Source of the DNA: Balanoglossus misakiensis
Lineage: Eukaryota > Animalia > Hemichordata
Assembly: GCA_040954595.2 (NCBI GenBank)
Contig: CM082583.2
Span: 11,880,636 to 11,944,635 of the forward strand
DNA length: 64,000 nucleotides
Direction of reading: 5' to 3'
Both the position numbers and the translations under genes were made by a program. The notes beneath the pieces are model-generated. The model ran no database searches. It was not told the DNA's origin and was given only the letters and a program-made list of their open reading frames with translations. How positions within the stretch are numbered: the first letter of the stretch is position 1; every line of letters starts with the position of its first letter. Positions 51,638 to 64,000 of this stretch are shown here, in pieces.

Positions 51638-54600
51638 CTTTACAGCTCAATATCTACACCCCAAGATCTAAATTTCACGCTTCTTCCAACAAAACTCTAA
51701 AATATAGGACATTAGAAACGTCAAGCAGCCATATTGAATGTTTGTTTTCACTTCTCTTCTCCAGTACGGAAACCACTGGGCAGGTCGCCCTCTGTGTTGA
51801 CTCGATAAAATACATAACCTGGCAGTTCCCAGACGCGTAGTCATAACAACACGACAGCATCTTCGTCACTCACCTGTACAGACCGTGAAAAAGGATTTCT
51901 ACGAACAGAAACAAAGTATTTTTTTCGGAATTGTAAATAAAATTCTCATGTGAACCACACAAGCGACCTTAGGGACTGTCAGAATTTACTTCCAGGGGGG
52001 CGGGCAGAGGATTTTCAGGGGGGACCACCCATTTTCTCAAAGAAAATTTCGTGAAAATTACAATAGTAGAAGTGAGTTTTCTAACAATTATCAATGTAAG
52101 CCAATGGGAAGAGACATGTGCGCAAAATGTGTGCAGGTTACCTGTTTTTATTTTAAAATGTGCATATCTGCTTTATTTCTGTATCCAATATGGCCTTGAA
52201 GTAAAATGAATCATGGGAAGGTAAAAGTAAACTTAGTGTTTGTGGATGCATTCACATGTGATCCTACATGATAGACCAATAGACACATTTGAAAATGCGG
52301 TAATTTTTGAATTATTTATTTTATTCAGAGTGATCTTGAATTGTATTGAAATTGAGAATAATCAAAGAACAAACGTAGAAATGAAAAAAGTGAACTGATG
52401 GATGAGGGCTTGGCCCTACATTTGTGATAAGAACAAGATGAAATTGAAGTAAAATTGAACATTTTAAATTACTTCAGACACTCATAAAAGTGATATATAC
52501 AGAGAAGAATGTGTACACAACACGTTATTAACAGTACAGGTACTTATTTTGTTTTGAAATAAATAATGCTCAATTTTCTCTTAAAACCTCTTAATACATG
52601 CCGTAAAAATCTTGCCTCTTGTTGAGCGATTCCCTGTCAAAGCAATCACACACTATATCCCTCTTTCATAAATGCTCTACAAATTATTCAGTATATAAAA
52701 CTGATAACAAAATTGGATGAATATTTGCAGTAAACGGACATTATTCTTTGATAAAAGCAAGTAAGAAAGTCTTTAATAAATCTCCTAGAAATCATATGAT
52801 CCTGCGGAAAAGCATGTAAGATATGTTGTTCTCAGTACCTAGCACCTATTTCACTGGTCTCCACTCTTTTAACTCATGGCACTCACTTGACTTGTGGCCT
52901 AATTCAGGAATTCAGGTCACAGCCCTATTTACGAGCAATATATCCTCTTGTGTGTGGTTATTATAGTTTGCTCATTTATATTATATAAAGGGTAATTAAT
53001 TATCATCATTTATATATTGTAAGATTAAACATCAGGTGGAGACACAGATGTTTCAGTATCACATTAATTACTTGCCAAGTGGACAAGTGGGTGATTCATC
53101 TTGCCATGACAAATTTTCTGTCCAAAATTGACACAATCAGGTCACTGACAAGGATTTGCACATAGAAAGGAAAAAATGAAATACACTCTTTATATATAAT
53201 TAAACTGTCGAGTGTGTGTGGGTGTAAGAGTAAACTTTTACAGAAAAAAATGCAGTATAAATGAATGTCCTGAGAATATAACTCTATTTATGCAGGTGTA
53301 ATACCTGCAGTATTCAATGAAAACATTCATTTTTTTATAAAACAGCCAATAGTATTGTGCAAGTGTATAATGTATTTGAGAAACGTGATTAGACGATGAT
53401 TTAGTTTGGTTTCAGTTGTAAAATTGACTAGATGTCAGATAGATCATTAACCTTTGTAAGATGGAATTCATTATGACTTAATTGTCCTTATTGTTTGGAA
53501 ATCTGAATAATAGCATCGACTGTTCACTATTTTGGGTTTGTGTGCTTTTGCGAGTAAAGATGTCGTGATTGAAATGTGCGAGTTTAACTAGTATGAAGAT
53601 GCTGTCTCAAAATTGATAAATTGGCTTTCTGTTTTAGATGTCACTACGAACACGATCCGGGCAGGATGTGAAGGCAAGGCAATTTTCTCAAACTAACCTG
53701 ATCTAGACATTGTATTTCTTGCTAGAAATTGATGTAAACAGATAGAACTAATGAGAACTTATCAACCATGGTGATTGTGGTTGCTAGGAAGGAAGTGAAG
53801 TTGGACCAATCTGGCACAATCTACATTCCTGAGCATTTGTGGAAACCTTCGGTAATTTCCATTCTGAAGCACTTATAAGATCTCAAAAATCATCAAACTA
53901 TCTTAACAGACGCATACTACTATGTTAATATGTTAAAAATAACACTGACAAAATTCAAAATTGGTAACATCCTATCAATATGACTACATACATTCCCTTA
54001 CTTAATTTTATCTTAAAAAGATGTTAGATTAAAAAAAAGAGTTATCAAGGTAGCATTGTGATAAAGTCATCAAATATTAAGAAATTCAGATAACATGATA
54101 AAAATTGACACACTTAGACATTTGTAGTAAAATTTATTCACTTAGATAATCTTATTTCCTCTCTTGAATAAATAATTGCACTGATAGGACTTGTCACTGT
54201 AATTAGGCAACATTCAATTTCATAAAATCCGAATCTAAAATCCTGTAAGAACCATACAATGAATTATCATTGTAAATACGTTTGCTTGATTAATTTGCTT
54301 GTACAATTTGATATACAATTTACACAATTCAGTCACAGTAAAGTCACAATACGACAAACCAATGTAAATTTTTGAATGCTTCAAGCATTCAGTGTAAAAT
54401 ATGAAAAACAAGTCAGGTGATATTACTTATGCTAATTCGTACAATTCTTTATGATCAAGAGTGATTTAATCCATCAAAATAATATTCCAACCATTGAAAT
54501 ATTGGAAAATAAAAACAAAACAAAATGTGGAAATACCAGATCTGTAGAATATCTAACTTCTGCTAAAATGCAACATGTTTTTATCTGTGCCAATTATTAC

Positions 54601-54805
54601 AACAGTTGTATTGCCTTCCCCAATGGGTTTTAAAATGATCAAAGGCACAGCTGATAAAGGTGTTTTGACTTCTTGTGAAAAAAAGCATATCCCATAAACA
54701 AAGTTGCATTACCAGACAGTTATTGTTCCTCTAGGAACTGCAGTCTCTATTTTGAGTGTCACTTGCCTGTGATCAGCTGCGGTAACTTCCAACTCGTCTC
54801 AGCTG

Positions 54806-57800
54806 TTACATACTTGAGGATACCCTATTTGGACGTGGTTGTCTTGGTTCTAATTCTAGTGATAATGCGTAACACTCGTCATCATCCATGATGCGCTCTG
54901 TGTCCAGAAGATAATTAAGAATCTGGGCAGATGGAGAGATGACACAGTTATAATAAGAAGAATAATGATTTTAGAGATCCTTTGAGTTGTTTGTTCAGAG
55001 CATATATGAAAAACCTATTTAAGGTATTCCTTTCTTGTCAGATGGTGCACACATCAGGGGTACACACAAAGCAAAAACACTAATGGCTTGATAAACTACT
55101 AAGAAATCTCACCTTACGAACAGGTTCAATTCTGTAGTGAGTCTGTTGGAAATGGCGGATTTCTCTGATGACATGGGCTCTCTGCGAACAAGAATGAGCA
55201 GAATGACAATGGTCAAGGTCTATTAGACTATTAAAGTTCTTTACTTATTCTTACAAAACCTCAGCGCTATTTGCAAAGCAATTTCAGATTAGAAGATAGT
55301 TTCCAGATCCTGATGCTAATTAAACAAATGAAACATGACTATTACAATAATGCTTGATATGGCAATTACCATTCTCATTTTTGAGAAATTGACTAATCCT
55401 CCTTCTGTGATATTTGGTGTGGCGTCTTCTATGAAAGCCAGGTCTGTCAGATAGAAACCCAAATATGGAATACAAGGTGGATCAATTCTGAAACCGGAAA
55501 ACAAAAAAAAATGTGGATATTAATGAGACAAATACCCCAAACATACTTATTTACAGATCCATATCTATCATAGCAAAGTGACAGCTAGCTTTGATAAAAA
55601 GCATGCATAGATAAATAGAGGATTAAAGAGAGAAAAGCCTTTCCTGCTTATAAGGAAAACCTACCTATGTAATGCTTCCCTCATATTTTTGAATCTTCCT
55701 TCAGAAGACACAACAATTTGTAATTTTTCCAACATGGCCTTCGTCTGGAAAAAAAGTTGGAAAATGTTACAATCACAAAATTCTTATAGATGGTGTAACC
55801 ATTCTACAATTAAATTGTTCTCATTTATTCACCTGTTTTGAAACTTTGTCCCAGGCTTTCTTGAGTCTGTACACAGCGCTATTCATCAAAGCTGATGTAA
55901 TCTCCAGCACGCCATTATAGTTATGCATACATCTGCAGATGTCGGCCACTGCTGCCCACTTCTCTATGGCACTTGCTCGGGCCTGCAAATTTGGTTGACG
56001 GATGATCTCTGAAGCTACCAACTTGCTAACCTGAAAGAGTGTGAAGAGAGAAGTCTGGGTGAAGTTACACAGTTTGCACAGATACACGTTTCATGTGGAA
56101 ATTCTTTCATTGAAACACATCAGTCACACAGTTCTGTGGTGACCTACGCACCTTGGTTGAATAAACACCAACTTTCCAAGAAACCAATCAAGATTTTCTT
56201 GTTTCTTATGCCTAAAGAACTGTCATTGTGACCATTCGCTCATAAGAAGACAGATTTCAATGTCTGCACAGATAAGCTTTGTTCTTGTATGAAATGACTC
56301 ATTTGTGGCTTCCCTTGTCTGCTGTTGCCAGGATGTCCTCATAGATTTCAACAATACTCACCTCATTAAACCGTCTTGTAACAGCCATGATGTGTGGTGC
56401 TTTAGTATCCTTATCAGCCTTCATCCATGACTGACTCAAAAACTCTCTGCAGGAAATGGAGAGTACGATTTATTTGTTCAAGAATTCGTGCGTTAGCCAT
56501 TGGTACATTAAAACAGCACGGAATACTAGCAGAAGATTTTTAAAGAGTTATAAGATGCTGTAACTCAATATAGTTTATAGTCCTGCTATCGAATATGGAG
56601 ACTTACTCGTAGGGAATGGCTGTGAAGAGTTTGTGATCCAGATACGTGAGTTGCTCGGCCAAGTCCAAGGCAGCAATGTGATCAAACATGTCATCTACAG
56701 AAACATAGTCAGAATCTACGGACAACAGCTCGCCCCAGTTTAATTTCTTGCTGTCTGCTTCCGACAGCTCTTGGTGCAATGTCCTGATGTGGCAGAAAAA
56801 GGGGACAATTTGTTATCAATCAGCAGCAGACACAAATTGCATGTCTCTTTTTCAGATTTTGTATGTGTGGAATAAATCTACTGATAATTACCGAAGTACA
56901 GTTGCAGCAGCTTTGTGTTCACTGGCAAGAAGGTTACTATTTCCCACAATTTCTTCTAAAAATTCTAGGCCAGCATCTCGAAGTACTTCATCACTGATAA
57001 AATCCTGTAGCCATGAGAAAACATTGAACATTCAAAAATTGCCAGACAGATCATCAAAAATATGACGAGACTTGGAATATGATCATTGTTTGAAAGATCA
57101 AAGAAGATTCATGTATACCTGAGCATACTTTGAAGCCCAATGCCTCATTACGTTAATCACTCGCATTGTGGCAGCTGTACTAATGACCGACTCTTTCCGC
57201 TTCAAGCTGGGCTTCCTGTCTGCCGGACCTGTGACACAAAAGACCAGCACATCAACTCAGGGTTGAAAGAAAATCTACTTTTATGTAATTTTTTCTCCAC
57301 TTCCAGACTTCCATAATCATTACAGTTCAAATCTGACCGTAGATGGCGCTGCAGGGAAAGTTGCAATCCCTCCATTGCAGTAAAGGATTGGTCGATCTGA
57401 TGACAGAGACAAGGAGATAAATACAATAACCTGGCTTACCTGCACTGTAATGCCTGCGAACGCCTTTGCTGTATTTGACATCGCTAGGATTATAAGCTGC
57501 CGCCGTGGCAACCGCAAAGGCAGTAGCTGCGGCTGAGGTGCTTGATCTGCGTTTGGATTGCCGTGACGATGTTACCACCACGCCAGCTGTCACTGTGGAT
57601 GTAGTTACTGGGGTCTCACACTGATAAACACTGTTTCTTGGTGATGTTGAGGCATCTGACCCACTGGAGCTTCCTGATATTACAATCATTAAAACAAATT
57701 GATTTGCATTTGTAAGTTTTGTGCCCAATTGACAGCATGAAAAAACAATCTCAGTAGAGCCATCAAATATGAGATGGCAGCCATGTATCTGCATACGAGT

Positions 57801-60800
57801 ATACGAGAGGCAGTCATCTGGTGTTATGATATGGATTTTTCTCACACAACTTAAAATTACACACACCAGGTCTTGCTTTGACCAAAGCAGCAATGTTTGG
57901 CGCTGATCGACTTATTGGTAACTTCGATCTGTTTGGGGAAAGTGTACAGTAACCATCAGCTTGTAACAGCATGGTAGGCGTTGTAGGTGGCGTGTTTGTG
58001 GGTGTTGAATCTTCAGACACGTTGGCTTCTGGTGATATCGTTGTTGTAGGGCTAGTTGTTATGGTTGTCCCATTTCCCTGTTCGCCATCTGTTTTACTGG
58101 CCTCCTTTGACTTGTCATCTGCCAGGAGAAAAAATATGTACTTTTCATCTATGCACTTCTCAGAATAGAGGACAAAAATGTACCAAGACTACTTAGAATT
58201 AACTGTTCCTAAGAGTAACTGGGTCAGACTTGAACAAAAAATGGCCAGTAAAGAACCTTGCCTGATCCTTTTGTGCACACAAGTATATGTCACTATGCCT
58301 TCTCCTGTCAACTTTTAACGAGAGATCAGTTTATATGTACCGGTACAGAAATAATGATGGTTCAACATGGGTGGATCACTGCTGTAAGCCAATCCCTTAT
58401 TCCCTCTTATCGACTGTCAATCACTGCATCAAAAGGGTCGGATTAAAATCACTTAAAACTCACATTTTATGAAGTTTCTCCTCAAAGGATGGGTCCTGAT
58501 CTGCGAGGCTGTATCAAGCGCTCTCAGCTGCGACGACGACTGTGGCAGGTCTTGCTTGCGAGAAGTTTCACTGCCCCCAACAGACTGATCAGCTTTCAAA
58601 CTGTGAGTGTTAAAGACACATGACTGTCAGTTATGCTCCTGTTAAGGATTTATACAGACATGCTTTCAAGTTGAAATTTAGATGAGTAAAAAGACAACTG
58701 TTGTTGGTACGACACTGTGCTGAGAGAGATTTTGCGGTGTAAGAGTCATCTTTCAAATGAACGCCATCCAGATGACCATCAATGAACTCTTCAATGAATT
58801 TTGCTGAGAAAAAGACAAAGTTTCATCTGTAGCTCGTACACTACAAATGTTTACTGAAGGAACAATTGCCTACATATAACCTATACATGTATAATGACCT
58901 TATTATTTGACAAATGAATTAAAATCTAAATTTAAATTCTTCTATTCTGCAATAACAATGCTGACACGTGGGTGGTGTTGATACTAATGATTGGCTAATT
59001 CATGAAACTGGTGCAATTCATTGTGCTTTCTCTTTACAAAGCTCGAAAAACAGAATCACTAGTAGACAAGCAGAAAAAAAAATAGCTAAAAGTATACGCC
59101 TAATGGAGTTGAAAGAAATACACTCTTGTGTCTTCTCTACACATTATTTTGGCGGAAAACACGCAATTTTCACCAAAATAGACATTATTACCATAACCAG
59201 GAGTTTTATTTTGACTTCAATTTAAGGCCCGAGGTTTTTCATACATTCAAGGGCATTCAACCGTGTGCCGAGATTCAGTCATGAAGTTTATTTGCTCAGG
59301 GCGTTTTTACTTTATTCCCGTTGCTATGGTAACAATTCCGATAATCTGAACTGATACATTATGAAGTGCCTATATGAGATGAAAATTGTCATTGGGAAAT
59401 AACAAGCCGTCTGTGCAATGCCACGACACCTGATTTTCAAATTTGGCAAACACAGGCTGAAAGGTCAGCAGATCCTAGTGGGGACATATAACAATATTAC
59501 TGGGGCTACACAATAAGAGAATGCTCGGGAAAATCTAATATACTGTTAATTTGGTGAAAATCAGGTTGTCATGGTGATTAAGGACTATATCATTTCTAGC
59601 AGCACTGGTCAGTGTTTTACATGCTCAAAGGGATTCCAGGAAACAAACTGCAATGTGAATCTCCATGGTTTTTCATTTACATGTACGTCAACGTTGTGAC
59701 GGACACATCTGCTGTCTGAAATGAACTACTTAGAAATATTGCTCCACTATAATAGGGTATTTGAAAAAAATAAATTGACTCAAAATGCTACTGATATATT
59801 GTAACCCTTATCTGTAAACATGTCTGAACTCAGGATTCTGACAAAAAACAGACGGAAACAAACTAAACCATCATGGAGACAACCAAATGTAACAATTTTA
59901 AAGCAAGGAAGCTAACAATGGTAAGGAAATTGTTGTTTTCACTGCAGTGTACAAATGATCAAAATACATGAGGACAACGGATGAATAGATGTGAGACTTC
60001 TTACTTGTAGAGGCTTTCCATTGCCTCGGGATCTCGGTAAACTTTCTTGAGAGTGTCAATGATAACTTTACCCGTTGTGAAGACGTGGTAAGTTAGGAGG
60101 AATGTGTTGAGAAAGTCGATGCTCAGAAATCTCAGATCGGTCAGTCTCTCTAGCAGCCGCTCCACGCTAGCGTAACGAATCTGCGGCACTTTGCAGGAAT
60201 TCAACGTTCTGCTAAATCGTATGTCGATGTCGTCTTTAAATAATCTCGGGTCCGATCTGAAAAGGCACAAGATAATATAACGTCCACATCAAGTGTCAGC
60301 TATGGTTGCAGCAATGAGAAATATTCACAACCTCTACGTCAAAGTTTCAAAAATAATGTTGACAACAGATTTCAGATCAGAAAGATACATACTGTATACG
60401 TACTTTTGCAAAATAAATTATGGGAAAATGGAAATTATGATCTGTAGACAACAGTGCAGCAAACCTCAAACTATTTTCTTTTTAGAATATCCCTATGTTT
60501 GGCAAAGGTATTTACTCTGCTAGAGCATTCAGCAGTATACCTACAAAATCTGGCCTGTGGGAATCATTACACTAACTAGGCTGGATCAGGAAGCATGGAT
60601 ATTGAAGGCAGTTTGTCAAGTCATAAAAGCCATAAATAAAAAAATAATTGGATTTTTATCTATGTTGATCAAATTGTTCATTTCTTTGATGACTGCCTGG
60701 ATGAACAAAATAGAGCAGTCATGTGGACACAGACAGAAGAACTAGGTTTTATCAGACATGTATGACTATAGCGATGCATATAAATTAGCCAAAACTGCGG

Positions 60801-63800
60801 GGGAAAGCAACCTGAATTGCTCATATTTTTTTTAGATTAATCATGTCATGACTCACTCTGTTGCTAGTTGAAGGAAATCATTTGTCAATTATTTCAGATT
60901 AAGCATACACATTGAACTGAATAACCCCTGCTTTTGACAAGTTCAGCTGCATATTGGAATCTGATGATTGAGTTATGCACATCTCGTTTTGGCAGTGCAA
61001 TAAATAAGACAGCAGAAGTCATATGGTGTAATAATGTGGATAAATTGTAGCATTTGCAGTGTCATTCGAGGAGCTTGCCTTGATTGATATTTGCACGGGC
61101 CACCGCCGGCAATTACATGTACCAGCGCTCTGTTTATCTGTGTAATATATCAAGGCAATAAATAATCATCATCATGCACGCATTGAAGGAACATTATGTC
61201 TGAAGATTGTTACCTATGCTGCAATCCCAGCACTTCTCGACAACGACGTCTACATCCATCGCAGGGGATTGTGGGTAAAGTGCACAACACGGGATGGAAC
61301 GAGGGGGAAAACAAACAAAATGTACACAGAGTGTAAGTGACAACATCCATGACAGGGGTAAGATAGAGAGAGATGGCTCTTACATGCACTAGAATACTCT
61401 CGGGATCAACTACTCTGAAAAGACTCGTAGGTACACTGTAATTCATGAACACATGCACGCACAGCAATATTATCACATGAACCTTCATTTCACTGCTTGG
61501 TACTTCATGTACTTACCCTCTTCTCTATAATATTAAAGTCACACAAGTGTTTACTCAACAAAAAAAACCCTAAGTATCGAGAAGAATATTCAAGCCTAAC
61601 TACAAAAAATGTATGATATTCATTTTGCATAGCATCTACCATATATGTACCGTATATGCCATTTCGCCCCACACTTCGCATTTTCAACTTTTGTTTAGGA
61701 GGACGGGGTTTCGTTCTTAACAAAAATTTCATTTGTTGAACTACGCGACAATTTGTGCCAGCCCGATTAGCCCTAGCCTGGTACAATGTACTTTCTGACA
61801 ATTTGAATAACTGCGCTTTCACCGCTCATGATTCTCACTGCCTGAAACTGCTTGGCTGTTTTTTAGAAACATGGAAACTCCTTAGGAGATATGATGCACA
61901 CACACCTGAGATTTCATTTACACCAAGTTGACAGATTAACACCCAAACCCCTGTGGGGGTAAATTATAGGCTTTTGGAGGCTCCTGCCACTGTGGGTTAC
62001 CGTGTCGACATCAATTATTCAGGATGGCCCCACTGAAATATGCATGCCGTTTTTTTCTCAAAATGTCAGTAGGTTAAAACTGTTACAAATTCGGGTCAAA
62101 GGTTAAAGCGCTGGCTATGCTACATAAAATTGTCTTGAACCACAGACAGTACCCATCTAAAATGTACCACTACATTACTGTTTCAAGAAAGCAATGTGTT
62201 TCCTATACAAGTTAGTAGATTAAATTAAAAATAAAGCCAAAAGTTACGGCTAGTGTCCCTTTAATTGATAAGCGTGAGCAGTTCATCATCTTTACCACAG
62301 ATCAAATGTGTTAAAGGTAGTATTGACAGAGCTACAATACATGAAAGCATATGAATGTCTGAGTCAGTATGGTTCTTGTTAAAATGAAGAGAGAGAGAGA
62401 GATGTACCTGATAGATAAGGGCATGTGAAGGGAAGAGTGAGTTCCACCAAGACTTCCATTTAACAATCCATTGTAATGCAGGTTATCTATGCACTGAAGA
62501 AAAACAAAAAAATAATCAGAAAGTGTAAAAATTGTAATTTGTTTCAAATGGGTGAATGCAAGTTAATGGATATGAGAGTTAAACATTGTCAGTCTGTGCA
62601 TGTGATGGTTCAAAGTTTATAATTCCAGTTAATAAACTTTAACTTTATACACAGTAATCATAAACCAAGCAGAATGATACTTCACATTACATATTATATC
62701 AATGCAACATGGCCACAAATACATCGTTGTGATTGGATGAGAGCTTGTTTTAATTTATGGGAGCCATGATTAAATAGAGCATAATGCATGTTTATATTTG
62801 CCCCAGATTTACCTGGCTGATGTCACTCATCCAGGCATTCTTCTCTTGTTGCGTCGGAGCGATCAAGATGACGTGCAAGGGTGGCCCACTCTTTGAATCC
62901 ACCATCAGTTTAATTTCCAGGTTGTCCAGATCTGACTGGCTTGTGTGACTACACACGCTGTTCTCTGGGCAACAACAAATCAAAAGCAATTTTACACAGT
63001 TGTTCGTGAACACACAATTAATTTCTGAATGTCTTACACTGAGAACGATGTACCATGAAGTGAAATTTTCATTCCGTAAATGTTGCTATTATGATCAGAA
63101 AAGTGTGAAATACGCAGGATTTTGTGTTTATAATCACTGTTGATATCACGAAAAATTTCCCATTTTACAGTATATGCCGCATAATCTTATGCTGAAAGTT
63201 GCATGCAATAAAAGCACTATCATTAGCAGTCAGTATGCTCAAGCTTTTGGATTACTAACATTAAATTGTTTCATTTATTCTGCTAGAACGGAACTCTTGC
63301 TAGATTGGCGTGCCACATGCAAGGTTGCTACAATACAGAGTTCGCAGGGTTACAAACGCATTCAGGAAACTAACAAAGTACTTTTGAATTCTGCAGACAA
63401 ATTCTCTATTCTCGAGAGCTTACTTCAAATGACCATCTGTTCACACAACAACGCGGTATTACCACCGTAACGTGCAACAAAGCACACGATTTTCTGTGTC
63501 TTTATAGCTTAGCAGAAAAATTCTGTGACATCGAACATTTGCGAACGGCAGGCATTTTATTATTTTGCAAATTCCGCACGTCTTTCAATATTATAAGATT
63601 TCAGGAGTGTATTTGCTGTTCCCCAGGTAGCCGTAAACTGATTTCCAGCTGAAATCCAACACGATGAAGTTAATAGTCAAATATATAGAACTACACCGAA
63701 TTTTCAGATTTCCCTTGATAATTGTTATTTATACATCCAGCAACATTACAGGCAATCACACTAATGTAGAGATATGAGCATGTTCGCAATCCAATCTAGA

Positions 63801-63879
63801 TTCCATCCTTACCATCATCATCAAATGGATCAAAGTCATCCACCAACATTGTCTCAATCAGCGGTATCTTTCCTCCAAT
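54806..63879 (-). CDS. RASGRF: RasGRF, 3' part (second PH domain, REM, CDC25 domain); 5' part lies beyond window end
   Basis: [16 protein letters not shown]|CIDN; [46 protein letters not shown]; [17 protein letters not shown]; [27 protein letters not shown]; [20 protein letters not shown]; stop at 54806. ~2.5 kb AT-rich 3'UTR to ~52320. Exons between 58.1 and 60 kb are uncertain. Confidence 0.93.
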
Positions 63880-64000
63880 CTGCAAACCAAGAGAACGACA
63901 CCATTAGACTGTGGATTTAAAGTGCACATGCAGCACTGACTGAACTGTAATTTTCTTGGGGCGTAATATCTATACTTGTGTACTTAAAAAGGATCATCAC

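Noticed and set aside
51122-51700. 192-aa plus-strand ORF
   Set aside because: Antisense shadow of VPS45 exons 1-2 and intron; no domain features.
61517-61524. 8-nt RasGRF microexon (tag|AGAAGAGG|gtaagt)
   Set aside because: Not frame-preserving alone or with the 36-nt exon; weak polypyrimidine tract.

Overview
Gene-dense, intron-containing eukaryotic DNA from an invertebrate bilaterian, probably a deuterostome (species cannot be fixed from sequence alone). Gene order: HERC1 5' part (-); an intronless SUV39H-type H3K9 methyltransferase with two chromodomains (+); a C5orf63-like glutaredoxin-fold gene (+); MARCH2/3 (+); a B-type lamin (-); a ~12.7 kb CpG-rich stretch without protein genes that holds an exact miR-9 hairpin (+); MCEE (-); a stand-alone DNRLRE/CBM96-like domain gene (+); metaxin-1-like (-); ADPGK (+); VPS45 (-); and the 3' part of RasGRF (-). 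The most interesting observations: (1) the SUV39H ORF appears nested in the first intron of the C5orf63-like gene and to share its non-coding first exon, like the insect Su(var)3-9/eIF2gamma locus but with a different host; (2) miR-9 has two 8mer target sites in the 3'UTR of nearby MARCH2/3; (3) the bacterial-type DNRLRE gene shares a ~140 bp promoter with MCEE that carries a perfect DR4/ERR-type element; (4) further structured-RNA candidates lie upstream of miR-9; (5) lamin and RasGRF carry candidate alternative exons. Exon boundaries were read by eye from GT/AG signals and frame continuity; no database search was run.
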